NCBI GenBank assembly: GCA_034780895.1
Contig: JAUZTB010000027.1
Location: 11,437,178-11,501,177 of the forward strand
Source: Rhynchobatus australiae
Lineage: Eukaryota
Direction: 5' to 3'
DNA length: 64,000 bases
The notes under the pieces are model-generated. The model searched no databases. It had not been told where the DNA came from and was given only the letters and a program-made list of their open reading frames with translations. Shown here piece by piece: positions 13,835-26,605 of the stretch (position 1 is the first letter of the stretch; each line of letters starts with the position of its first letter). Both the position numbers and the translations under genes were made by a program.

Positions 13835-13955
13835 GAAACTGGGTTCCATGTGTCTCAGACACCCCTGCCACTGGACCAGTAACTCTTTCTGTCAAGTCCA
13901 CGTGGTAGTAAGTGTGCATCAGCTATTGCACATTTAAAGAAATCATGTATGGACA
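13835..13955 (+). mobile_element. RTE LINE 5' UTR fragment
   Basis: cacccctgccactggacca..tgtcaagtccacgtggtag..acatttaaagaaatcatg is similar to 25547-25605, just upstream of the RTE ORF start. Confidence 0.55.
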
Positions 13956-13961
13956 TTGTTA

Positions 13962-14860
13962 ACTTAGAAATATAAGAAACAGAAGCAGGTGTGGGCTATT
14001 TGGTGCCTGCTCCACCTTTCAATATGTCACTGATCTTTTACCTCAATGCCATTTTCCAATTACTAACACCACACACCAAGTAACCAAAATCTATCAATCT
14101 GTCTTTAATATGCTTAGCCAATTTCAGCTGGATTATTCTGAAGCTTCACAACTCTTTGGGTGTAGCAGGTCCTACTCATCTCAGTCCCAAATTACTGATC
14201 AATTATTTTGATAATTTATCTTTATAATGCTGAGACTTTTAATAGTGTATTGGTCAAGCAGGAGCCCCAGTCCCAATCCATGCAGCATCCCATTCCTATA
14301 ATCAGAATCCAAATCCAAAAAATACTTCTTTTATTCCTACTCAATTTTCTGTTCATTATACAAATGCTCCATCCATGTATTCTGATTTTATTTAAATAAC
14401 ATTGTGTGTCAGCTTATCAAAGACCTTTTGAAAGTCCAAATACACCACATCAACTGGTTCACCCTTATCTATTTCGCTAGTTACAACCTCAAAAACTTCA
14501 CTGATTTATAAAATGTTATTTCCCTAAATATCAGTGCTGAATCTGCCCAGTCCTATTATTTCTTAAATGCACCTCCTTGAAAATAGATTCTAGTATTTCT
14601 TTATCATGTTGATGTTCTGTTCTTTCCTATTTTCTTTCCCTCCCTCCTTCCCTGTATAGTGAGTTTACATTTGCTATCTTCCAATCTTCAGAAACATTCT
14701 AGACTATGTAGAATATGGAAGATGGCAACCAGTGCTTTTGGTATCCCCATAGCAACCTATTTTACAAACTTGGAATGCAGGTTATCAGGTCTGGGTGAAT
14801 TTAAGAGCTTTCAATCCCACTAATTTCTTCAATGCATTTTTTAAAATAATGCTAATTCAT
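13962..14860 (-). mobile_element. CR1 LINE with internal deletion
   Basis: 3' tail ttagaaatataagaaacagaagcagg; RT region ttatcaaagaccttttgaaagtccaaatacacc (antisense of VYLDFQKVFDK). Confidence 0.8.
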
Positions 14861-14867
14861 TTTAATT

Positions 14868-15027
14868 ATCAGAAGCATGCAAAAACCTAGAATGAATGGT
14901 AAAAGCACACCATCTCCCAAGAGACCCCCCCACCAATCCAGTGGCTTAGGTCCCACAACGACCTCATCAACCACCGAAATGGAATGAAAACAAGTGATGA
15001 TCAACCTCAAGGGCTACCAAAAAAAAG
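14868..15027 (+). mobile_element. RTE 3' end
   Basis: cctcatcaaccaccgaaatggaatgaaaacaagtgatgatcaacctcaagggctacc matches the RTE tails at ~23100 and ~26540. Confidence 0.6.
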
Positions 15028-15029
15028 GG

Positions 15030-15200
15030 ATTTTTAAAATGTTGTGGTTGTTGCACTTCCGACACAAACAATTTGCATACACCAAGGTTCTACAAGTGAC
15101 AGTGTGATAAGACCAGATAATTCATCTTTATAATGCTGATCGAGACATAAATACTGTATTGGTCAAGCAGGAGAAATATTTCCCTGGTCTTTTTCCAAGT
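15030..15200 (-). mobile_element. SacSINE1-like fragment
   Basis: aatttgcatacaccaagg..gtgataagaccagataattc..tattggtcaagcaggag. Confidence 0.55.
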
Positions 15201-15439
15201 CAAAGTCAAGCTGTTCCCCTAACAGGAAATGGATGGCAGGGATATGGAACAGCAAGCTAACTCTCATATATTCATGCAATGTTGGAGTAGTTTGAAGAAA
15301 GAGGCAGACACCAGCCGAAACACCTAGTCCCTCAAGGTTTCTAGTATATTTTTAAGGCAGGCAGATGAAGCACAGGATGTCTATCCCTCTTGCTGCACAA
15401 ATGTCTTCTAATAGCAGGAAAATGTCCAAATGCTTTTCA

Positions 15440-15790
15440 TGAGAACATAACAGCGACACAAGATATAGCAGAACTCAAGAAGGTAGAAAAATTATTTTAA
15501 GAGGAATGCAAGAACAGAGATTACACCTTCCAGGGAGAAAATATCAAGCAGGCTGGATTTCTTTCCTCCAAAACAGAGAAGGCTTGAGAGATAAGTGAAT
15601 CTTATAAACAGTCACTAATAAATATAATAAAGCATTCATGGGAGGCCAGCTGTACATATGGGAGAAAAGAATAGAATGTTTTATTGGCGAGGTAAGACAA
15701 ATAAAGTGAGAGGAGACTTTTACTGAGCATAAACAGTGGCACAGACCAATTGGACTGAATGGCCTACTTCAGTGCAATAAATTCTGTGTG
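15440..15790 (+). mobile_element. CR1 3' fragment
   Basis: aaacagagaaggcttgagagat..ggactgaatggcctacttcagtgc tail. Confidence 0.55.
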
Positions 15791-18700
15791 ATATTTCAAA
15801 TGAGGTTCCGAGATAACTAATAACAAAAAAATAAAAGGTTTCCAAATTCTCTATGATTGAATCTATTCAAATTCAAACAACACACATGGCAGCTGGACTA
15901 TAGGAGTCTGCTTCAATGATCTGCAGCAAGCAGCTTGGAAAATACTTTTCCTATTATTATTCAAAAAGTAAAGCATTACAGAAGCTAATGAAATGGGTTT
16001 GGAAATCAGAGCTGAGTTCAGATTGCCCTCTTGTGCTCCAGTTCAATGAATATTAATTTTGTATACAGTAATGGGCTAGGAAGAAAAAGGTTTACATAAT
16101 GGTCTTTCAAAAATCAATCATCCAGAGCTAGTTTGATACAGGCAATTGCATTATTAAATTTGCTGGAGATCTGTTTGGTACATTTGACTAAGAACAACAA
16201 AAATATATATGTATAATTTTTAAAAAAAGAGTAGAATTAAAAAAGTGCTTTCAAAACAGAACTGAAATAAAAATATGTTAAGACCTATTTTACTTTAAAG
16301 TAAAATTTAACTTTCATGTGAAGTGTCATGTGAAGCTTCAATCTCAGCCTTAGATACAGCATAGTTCTGGCCACTCTATTAATTGATTGTAATATACAAT
16401 AATATTGCATAGAGAGTATTAATTCTGTAACAACACAAGGACAAGACCTCAATCACATTGGATAGCATGCCACAGATGAGACAGGAGCACAGATGGAAGG
16501 AGACTAAAGAGTTGCAACACAGACAGGGGAGTAAATTCTATCAAATCGCACTGATGGTACCCAATGGTATAGTGTGCAAAATGTAGAGTTGTAACATTGT
16601 GTTTTGCACCCCTGTCCATGGGCACCATCGGCATAAGCTCCTGATTTAATTCCCAAAAAAAGTTAGTGAATTAAACCTCAAATTTAATTCTCAATCTGTG
16701 TTGTCGATCTCTCGATCACCATTGGAAGAGCAGAATCACCTTCAGTACCACAACCCCATCAGCTCCACCATCCCCTGCAGGGGGAGAGGGGGGTATGATA
16801 AGGATATGTTGGGTTTATTTGTCACACAGCTCATGATCACATTTCCTGCCAGTGGTGTTGACACTCGCTGTGGATAATGTTCAGAGTAGAGGCAAACATC
16901 AAACTGAATCTCATTAGCAAATTACATCTTTCAGGAGAGATGTTAAAAAATGTGAAAAATAGTCATAAAGAAACCAATGCCCCAACTCCCAAAGTTCAAT
17001 CATAAAGAGGCCAGACTTCCAACTTGGGGACAAGAGTACAAACACAGAACAATTGCAAGCACTGATTGCAAATTAGTCAGATCTTTTTTGTATGTAATCA
17101 CTGNNNNNNNNNNNNNNNNNNNNNNNNNNNNNNNNNNNNNNNNNNNNNNNNNNNNNNNNNNNNNNNNNNNNNNNNNNNNNNNNNNNNNNNNNNNNNNNNN
17201 NNNGTAATCACTGAAGTCCAACATTCACTCCTTTCCAAAAATGAAAAGTCCTTCCCTCACTGAACACACACCACCAGGGTGGATTTTCTCTCACCAGTTA
17301 ATTCTACCTCCTGATGGGTCAGCTCAAAGATACACTGACAACATCCATGCAAATCACACAGGTTACCATGTGATAGCTGCATTATGCACATTCTAGTTAA
17401 TGATTCTGTAACTCTGCTTGGCATCCTATTTGCCCCCCCAACACAACATGAATATTTCATTACACACTACAAAACCAAACCCCTGTGTAAACTGGCTTTC
17501 TGTAGTTTTACTGTTAATCTATTCGTAGTTGTTACACTACTGAACAATTAAAGTAGACTACCAGGCACATATTTTGTAAAGTGTCACATTAATCTTATTT
17601 TACTACATGCTGCATTCAGTGTAGGCAGGGACTCTGGGCTATCGTCCCAACACAATTTATTTTGACCATTATAATTTATGATTCAGGGGCATCCTATCCA
17701 GTTAAATTCTGCAACTCTCTTTTGAGCCTTATTTTCAGTTGTAATGTAAATATTAAGGCTGCAGGAAGACAAATACTGTAATAAAACAGTTTACACCACT
17801 CACGGCAGATGTAAAGCACCAAAATGAAGACAACCTCACCACCANNNNNNNNNNNNNNNNNNNNNNNNNNNNNNNNNNNNNNNNNNNNNNNNNNNNNNNN
17901 NNNNNNNNNNNNNNNNNNNNNNNNNNNNNNNNNNNNNNNNNNNNNNNNNNNNNNNNNNNNNNNNNNNNNNNNNNNNNNNNNNNNNNNNNNNNNNNNNNNN
18001 NNNNNNNNNNNNNNNNNNNNNNNNNNNNNNNNNNNNNNNNNNNNNNNNNNNNNNNNNNNNNNNNNNNNNAAGCTCACTGGTTCTTCTCCTCATAAGACCT
18101 TTGCCTTATCATAGAGAAACCTTTTCATGATTTATTAAAATCATGAACTCCTCTATCTGCACTTCGCAATTACTGAAAGAATCCTTTCTCACTAAGAAGA
18201 GCCTAATCAGAATATTTGCAATGTTTCGTTTCCCTCTCTGTTTTGTATATTGCCATATTATATGAAGAGAGTGCATTTCTGATATTAAATTTGCACCAAA
18301 AATGAACTCATTGTTCAAAATTATGGCAGGAGCTTCTCTGTACATCTTCATTCTACCCCACTTCCACCAACAATCTTAAATAATTTCCTGTTCCTTTCAA
18401 CGAACATGGTGAGGGGGAAAAAAATACACGAATTATCAGGTGTTTTTCGGTTTCCTGAAACACATTCTAGGTCAGTGATCATTGCCAAATCTACCCAATT
18501 CAAGACCTCAACCTAAAACACTTGCATGAGCATTACTGGCTGCTTTCCAGACCCAAGTTCTCCCATTTCTACTATTAGACAATTCCTGAATCTGCTCCCT
18601 TTTCTACTAGAGGTCAAGATAAGGTTTTCATTGCACCTGTGAAATGACAATAAATTTGACTTTGATTTCACTGTGTTCCTCCCACGGTATTCTTGACCAT

Positions 18701-19109
18701 ATATTCTGCAGCAATCCTCATTGGGTCTGCCTAACCCGATGACATTCAAAACAATCGAAAGCATTCAGAATCAGTTATAGAAATTAATGTNNNNNNNNNN
18801 NNNNNNNNNNNNNNNNNNNNNNNNNNNNNNNNNNNNNNNNNNNTACCAATCGTCATCCTATTCTGTACTTCCCTCTAGAATATTTCTTCCCCAAATGAGC
18901 AGACTCCTTGCTGATGAACCTGCTGTGCCAAACCTTCTCACTTCTCAGTACTCAAGGTTCCCATAGTTACCTCACAGTTCCAAATTCCCAACTCTACCTT
19001 CCGTTGCCTTTCTACCTTTGACCTAGTAAATCGTACTTTTATCTCAATTTTACCCAACAGAATATGCAATCTCCTTGATCAGACTATCATGACTGCAAGA
19101 TCTATCACA

Positions 19110-19367
19110 TCTTTCTGGTGAGATGTTAATTGGATGGATGAAAAAGATTCCATGGCATTATTTCAAACTGGACTCTTATCTTAAGTGATTAGACCAATAT
19201 TTAGTTCTTAACCAACAACTTAAAAGGCAAGTTAATCATTATCACCTTACTCTAATCATCTTTCTGGGACTTTCATCGGTCCAAGTAAATGTATCATTTC
19301 CTACTTTGTAATAATGACCAACTTTAAAACACCGGGATATTCTGAGATGTAATAGAAAGGTACTTTT
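19110..19367 (+). mobile_element. SacSINE1-like Deu-SINE fragment
   Basis: ggatgaaaaagattccatggcattatttc..ccaatatttagttcttaaccaaca..catttcctactttgtaataatgacca. Confidence 0.65.
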
Positions 19368-19399
19368 TCACCTTTTAGAGGGCAAGGACAATCCCAGGT

Positions 19400-19815
19400 T
19401 GCTGTTCTGCATGACCAACCACCTCCTTCGATCCCTTTCTCTATACCAGCACCCCATCACCCACAGTAAACCTTCTATTACAAATGCGAGAAGCTGTCTG
19501 CATTCCAATCCACCTTCAATCATCCCAATTTTCTGTTTCCCATATCCAAACACTCGACTTTCCTGACATACACAGGCTGGCCATCCTACAAATCCTGATG
19601 GTTTTTCAGCCCATTCTCACCAAGTTAAGTTACCTTTGGCTAGCTTATTCACCCCTCCAGCCTCTGAATCAGATCTTCTTCATACTTCATCTTGGCTTTG
19701 TTCAATGATTAATGGCAAAGCCTTCAGCCATTATCTCTCACTACAGAGAGCTTGCCATCTTGTTTTCCATCTTCAAGTCTTCTCAAAAACTCTTTAACCA
19801 AGTTTTGAATCACCA
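19400..19815 (+). mobile_element. L2 3' fragment
   Basis: atcctgatggtttttc..gccttcagcc..tcttcaagtcttctcaaaaactctttaaccaagttttgaatcacc, an L2-type 3' end. Confidence 0.5.
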
Positions 19816-20754
19816 ATCCAGATTTTACAACAATGAGTTAATCAAAATTGATAAAACTTCTAGGTTTTCATTAATGTGACTACAAGAATTCTTCACAGTA
19901 TCTACATTTATGATCAGGACAAAAACATGTCAATGTAACACCACTGAAGTATACACCAGATAAACGATCTCGCCACAGTTTCTCAATACATCAGAATTAC
20001 AGTAAAGGTTTAAGAAACTGCTTTAACACAGAAATTGCCATTCTCCTGGTTTAGCTGGCAGTGGGAGGGTTAAGCTTTCAATTCACATTCAATATAAATG
20101 TGTTTGTTACATAATGCTCCAACCACAATGAAATGTGGACCAGCATAATTATGTTAACCTTCCATTATTGTATAAATGTTTGCAGAAAAATAGTTACTTC
20201 AGCCATGCCATTATCTCAGCAGGACATTTATAAAGAAAATTAAATTGAAAATATTATCTAAATGCAACCACTTAAAGATTAAATTTTAAATAATTTTCCC
20301 CATGGTAAATAGAGGTTAAAACCAATGCACATATTCTGCAGCAGAATCATAAGCAGCTTGATCACATTTAGCATTACAAACAATTGAAAAATACTGAGCA
20401 AATCCAAGATATCATCTTAAACAGCTCAACTCCATTTCCTTATTGTGCAGAATTTTGAATTAAATGTAAAAAATAGGAATGATTTAGCTATTAGACTGCA
20501 GGACACACATCAAACTAAATTTGTTTCTGAATGTTATTCCTCCCTCCCCCTTAGATGCTCCACTGCCATCACCACTTCAATAGGGCTAAAAGAAATCAGA
20601 AGCGAAGAAACCTTGATGACTTGCAATGAATGTGTCCATTATACAAAGAAGCAAAGAGATTCCACAATTTTGCCTGTAAACCTACCAACAAGGACATTGT
20701 CTGAAATGACATCTAAAAAAACCAAACAGATGGGGAAAGGACAGGGTGGAATTT

Positions 20755-21358
20755 AAAATAAAAACAGAAAATGTTGCGAATACTTCCCAGGTCAGGTTGC
20801 ATCTGTGGGGAGAGAAGCAGAGTCAATGTTTCAGGTCAAAGGCCCTTTGTCAGAAGTGGGAAGGAGACATAAGCATCTTGTTAAGCTTCAGGAAGAGTGG
20901 AGAAGGGGGGATGTCTCTGACAGGGTAAAACCAGAGTGACCATGGGGATAAACTGTAAAGGTTATCTGGTCATTGAGCGAATGCAAGCAGTTAAAAAGTG
21001 AGAACATAACAAAAAAGCATCAACATAAGAATGGAAGAGTTGTGAAATGCAGAGCAGGAAGGCATGCCAGAAGGTCGGGCTGGGCATGGTGTCCACTCCC
21101 AGAGGGGAAAAAAGAAACAAGGGGAACAAAACAAAAACTGATCTAATTTCTAAGATCGATGACTGACACTGAGAGAAATTCCACATCAGGATGATCCAAG
21201 GGCTAATCCTCATCCACCTTCCCTACAGCTCAAGTTTCTTTTGTCTTCTTTCTAGTTCTGACAAAGGGTCTTCAACCTAAAACTTCTCACAGGTACAGCC
21301 TGACCTGCTGAGCACTTTGCTATCATTTCAGATTTCCAACATCTGCAGTTATTCACAT
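20755..21358. mobile_element. Non-autonomous Penelope derivative: inverted pLTR ends, two hammerhead remnants, 14-bp TSD
   Basis: ACAGGGTGGAATTT at 20741-20754 and 21359-21372; hammerhead-like cores at 20821-20853 (-) and 21258-21283 (+). Confidence 0.8.
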
Positions 21359-21624
21359 ACAGGGTGGAATTTTCCTGGTTCTCAACTTTTCAGAGGCACA
21401 GTATGCTCCAAATGTCACTTACATAGACTAATGCAGACTTTCATTTGATAAACTGAGTCATTACCACAGCTCTGTTACATCATAACCCTCCAGATGCATC
21501 TTATCTAAGAAACAAAATCACAACTGTCTGGTGTTTGTGAACTGTGTAATGAATGGCAATTAGAGGAAAGGTTTAAGTTCAGAGTCTGCCTTCTCTAGAA
21601 TTTCTAGGCCACTGTGCATTAAAG

Positions 21625-22420
21625 CAGTGCCAGCTTTAGTTTAGTTGATAGCAGTCTCACCTCCAGCTTTCAATCACACTCCAGAGGCTAGATTACAAAA
21701 ATCTACTCTGATCTTCAGTACAGAGCTGATGGAATGGAGAACATTTCAAACAGGATGATAAACTGAGGCCAAGCCTCCTTATCAAGATAGATCGGAGAGG
21801 CTTTACGGTACTATTTTGAAGGACTGGAATGCTTGCCCCACTGTTCTAGCCAATATTCACCTCTCACTCAAAAGATGGCTTCTATAATCAAGGATCCCCC
21901 CCCCCCCCACCCTCTTCTGGGTCATGTCCTCTTCTCGCTGCCTCCATTGGGCAGGAGGTACAGAAGCCTGAAGTCCCGCACCACCAGGTTCAGGAACAGC
22001 TACTTTCCTACAACCAGGTTCTTGAACCGACCTGCACCACCTTATCCTGACCTCAGCAACAGAACACTAGGGACCACCTCTTGCACTACCATGAACTGGT
22101 CTCGGATTGTTTTTTTTGCATTAATGTCTTGCTTTGCGCAGTCTTTTTCTTCACTCTTGTATAATTTACGTACAATTTATGTTCTGTGTGTTGTCCGAAT
22201 CTACGTGCCAGTGATGCTGCTGCAAGATTTTCATTGTACCTGTACCTCACCACCACACTTGTGCACATGACAATAAATTCGACTTGATTATTGAAATGGA
22301 CTATCCCATCATTACCACATTTGTTCGTGGGAGCTTCCAGTGCACAGTCTCCCACTTTTCCAACTTCACAACAATTGAAAAAAAAGATTTTGAACACTTT
22401 TCGCAATCTTGATAAGATTA
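21625..22420 (+). mobile_element. SacSINE1-like Deu-SINE, split by Rex1
   Basis: cacactccagagg..taaactgaggcc..tactattttgaagg..ctagccaatattcacctc (to ~21870); resumes at ~22290 with catcattaccacatttgttcgtgggagc. Confidence 0.7.
21872..22288 (+). mobile_element. Young Rex1 3' fragment
   Basis: ASIIKDP..HVLFSLPPLGRRYRSLKSRTTRFRNSYFP followed by the tail gacaataaattcgacttga. Confidence 0.92.
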
Positions 22421-22904
22421 CAAATTGAAAATTCACAACCTTATCTTAAAATTCCTCCAGGCCTTCCCATCTCTAGATATCTGGGGGGAAGCTGCTAAGT
22501 ATTTCCAGAAGTTTCACTTTTATTTCAGATGTCCAGTATCTGCTGTCTTTTACTGGTTGAATGCTCAAACTCAAAACTTAGATCAAAAGAAAAGCTGCAA
22601 GTTACCTTAAAAGTAAGGCCTCTCAGCCACAAGGGCACTGCAATCAGGGAACCCAGCCAGTCTACAGAAGTAGGAGGAAAGGGTATTACAGTGTGAGCTG
22701 TAACAATAGGGTTACAGTAATCTCTCAATCTCCAATGAAGAGCTATTTCACTGCAAAATAAGGAATTCAGGTCTTCTGTTATTTACTAAATCCCCAGTCA
22801 GGACTTCAGCACAACCAGCAGCAATTCAATTAACAGCCCTTGTAATTGTAGGTAGGCAGAGGAAAACTTTTAAAAACCACCATGAAAAAATGTAAAAAGC
22901 TCAC

Positions 22905-23166
22905 AAACTTGTGAGAATCCCTGGCCTATGACAGGTCAAAATGGAGTAGTAGTACTTAGGAAGGCATGAATAACCATCAGGAGCATGCAGATCTCCAGCA
23001 AAAAAGGCAGAAGTTTCACATAGCCCTCCACATTACCCACACACCTGCCCCATCAAGCATTTCCTGCTCCACACCTGTGGTACTGTCTGCTGACCTTACA
23101 TCAAGACCCACAGAACTCGTGTGAAGGCAAGTTAACTCTGGCCCCAAGGGGCTACCCAAGAAGAAA
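22905..23166 (+). mobile_element. RTE 3' end
   Basis: gaatccctggcctatgacaggtcaaaatggag..ggcaagttaactctggccccaaggggctacccaagaagaa. Confidence 0.7.
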
Positions 23167-25544
23167 CACTCCTGTAAAGTGCTTGGTACGTTTTAACTTA
23201 AGTGTTGCATTATAAATGCAAATTGCTATTTTGCCATTGTTAATAGTCACAAAAATTATTTAAAGCATGCTCAGAAAATTAAGATAAAATAAATAAAAGC
23301 CGACAATGACCCAATCCAATAGATGAATTCAATAACATATATAACTGAAATATTTTTTAAGAAATAATGAAATATTAATAGTAAAATTGTGCATTATGAT
23401 GTTCAACCTCTCTAAACAACAAAATATTGAACCACTAGATCTTTTAAAAAGTTGGAAGCCTCCTTCACTTTAAAATGCAGACAGCAAAGTTCACTGCAGA
23501 AGCAAAAACAAGCTTTCTAATGTAATTACAATACCTTCAACTATCTGGACTGAGTTAATGTTATTATTTGACACTGCAAGGCTACGCTTTTTTTAAAGTC
23601 TCTGTAGAGAAGAAGTTCACCTTAATTGGTTCCAAAGCACAACTAACACAACTATTTTTCTCAACACCGGTAATGTTAATTTTCGCAAGATCGTAAATAG
23701 TGTTTGGAATCAACACAGATGTAGTAATTTGAGACTGGGTGGGTAATTAATGTGGTTACAAAGCAGCTTATTTGCATTTTTATTTAAAATGGCCTACTTT
23801 AAAAGCAGCTCAGATTTCTTCTCAGTAACTGCAAGGAAGCATCTGTAACAGAGCCGACCTGTAATTACTCTCTTCAGGGGAACTTTTATATGCCCTCCAG
23901 GGAATTGCAATGAAACGAAAAGCTGAATTTTAAGGGGGATCATGCAAAATACCAAAGATAAAGCCAAAAATTGGCTGTCTGTTTAGTATCTCCAATAAGC
24001 CATCACATTCTCTTCATGGATACAGCTGTCAGAACTGTCATAAAATCAAATCAACGTACAAACGAGAGACTTAACTAAAATAATATTACCATACTTATAC
24101 CCTTTGGATTTTAATATAGACTTTATCGCGGGCCCACTCATGCAGCATATCAATGAGTAATAAGTCCATAATAGATACATCTAATCTCCCATTCTAAAGT
24201 GTTTATGGATAGAATGGAGCTTGACTGCTCTTTGACTGAAAAACACAGAAGGGTCTCATTCTCTCCACCTCTTCTGCTGCCCCGCTTGCAGGAACCAATT
24301 AGACTTGGAATATAACTTCTTATAATTTCAAAAGAAGTGGCAAAGCAAACAAAAAGAACATTTTCTGTGTCAGAACTTAGTTTGAAAACGTGGACACAAA
24401 CATTTCATACATTTACAACTTGTTTAAAAATCATTAAAAGCACTGTCAAAATACTAAAAAGGTGCAATTTGTTTCTTCCTTGAAACTAACATAGCACCAA
24501 AGAGAATTAAATAATTAAAACAAAAATGTTTAGCTACCCTAATTAATTAGTTTTAATTTTAATGTGATAATATCTCAAAAGAATCCTGAGAAAATCTACA
24601 GCATTTGCAATAAAAATATTTCCCAAAGCTCTGAATATGGCTGATGGTTTTTACTGCCTGCAGTACTGAAAATTAAGACGTTTCATAAATTTGCAGATTG
24701 CTCAGAAGAGATTCTGACTCCACTAGAGGTTCCCAGTCAGCCAATGCACACAAATATTTTTTAAGCAGGATTTAGAATTCTTTGGATGAAAAACTGTAAT
24801 TTGAATTCCACTTTGTTTTAACATTTATTTCTTTATTGAAAATAAAATGTAAAAACTAATTTGCTCATTAATTACACCAACACCAATTGGCACATTAAGA
24901 CTGGACCACTTAAACTACAAAATTATTTAATTCCTCCATTAGACATAGACTATTTGAGAGCCTGGGATGGTTTCAGTTTTAATCTTGTCTATGAAACTGT
25001 TTTAATTTTTATCTGTTTTCCTAGAAATGTGTTTTTGCACAGACAAAAACTTCGTAATGTACTTTTCTCCTTGTTGCAATTCTTGGAAATCAGATGCTTC
25101 ATAAACCAGCAAGGTGGTGCCAACAGCCTTCCTCTAAAATGATTCCAAGCACGGATGCCTGAATCCTGGGCTACAGGAAGAAACAAAAAAATGAGAACTT
25201 ATATTTTTATCCAGTTGATGATACATTTATGGGACCAAATATTATATTTTAATACCCATTATTTGAGCTTCATTGACTGAATTGGACCCAATATGAACAA
25301 TAGACATGCATATATTTGTAGCCCCAAGCTGCCCATCCCTCCATATTGTTGAAGGTATTAGCATGTCAAGCATTAGCACTGATCACAATATCAATCAGCA
25401 TACAACACTGGCATGATGTCAACACCGCCAAATTGGAGCATGGCACTCCAACATGCACTTTCATAATTTCACACACTGGCTAGCATTTCAACCAGTAATA
25501 ATTAAAAGAAATCATCAACTCCTTGCTGTTGACTTGGTGAATGA

Positions 25545-26605
25545 CATCAAGGCCAGGTGGTATCTGGTGGGCAACAATCATGCCATGTTAAAAGAATTCA
25601 TGCAGAAGATCTTCAGTTCCTCAATATGAAGCTTGGCACTTTGACCAATAGGATCTTCATGGAATGCCAAACATTGGCAGATCTGAACTTTGTTCGGGTA
25701 TCATAGCCGAAAACTTCAGGCATATTAATATTGACATCCAAAATCAGACAAGCAGCTGCAGTCTGCACATGCATTTGGATATGTATGCACTGGGATGATG
25801 AGCTCAAAAATATTCAGATATCAAGGGAAATTAGACATTCAAAACATCCGCAAAAACAAGGTCTTGTTCCAACCAGTTCTCTCCTTTATATGACAAGAAA
25901 GATCCATGAAAAAACTTTGGAAAACCTGGAACATCAATTCCCAGTGAAGTCAGACATCAATGATGAATTCATCACCACCTCCACTGTGCCAATAGAACCT
26001 TTGGCTGTCTGAAGGAAAGAACATTTCAAGATAGTGACCTCACATTCAGCAAAAAGCTCATGGTCAACCAGGCAGCAGGAACCACCCAGTGCTCCAGCAA
26101 CCTACAGCAGACATTGAATAGCACTGGAAAAATGCCACCAATACCACCTCCAGAAAATCCTCCAAATCCATTGGCAGCTTAAGTGAATCAACTTCAGTGC
26201 CCTGCCCGAGGCATTGCGTTCACCCAGCTTTGATGGGCAAGTCACATCTGCCTGTTCCCAGACTGCCACCGGAAGCTCTAAGTAAACATATGTTCCCAAA
26301 GTCCCCTTGAAAAAAAATTATTTCCTCAACATTTCTTGGCAATCCTGGCACATAGCCAAATCAAAATGGAGGAGGAGAACCAAGAATCTCTCCAATGGGA
26401 GTGCAAAAGGCCAAGTGAAACATGAGGACTGCAAAACCTCCTAAGTAATTGCCCAAGTGCTCCTTTAAACACCACGTGCTCCTTCAAGAACCACCTGACC
26501 CATCTGTGGCAGAGTCTGCAGATCCAGTTTAGCCTTCATCAGAACATACAGAACTGGAATAGAAGGAAAATTATCCTCAACCCTGAGGGATTGCAGAACA
26601 AAGAC
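25545..26605 (+). mobile_element. RTE LINE retaining both ends, heavily internally deleted
   Basis: 5' UTR plus atgaagcttggcact ORF start (25626); C-terminal aagctcatggtcaaccaggcagca..cagaaaatcctccaaatccattggcag; tail atcctcaaccctgagggattgc. Confidence 0.75.

Noticed and set aside
17094-17213. Direct repeat GTAATCACTG across a gap
   Set aside because: Contig-end overlap at a 100-N gap; assembly artefact.
22607-22662. 56-nt minus-strand exon candidate
   Set aside because: Weak donor (GTAACT) and unrecognised peptide.
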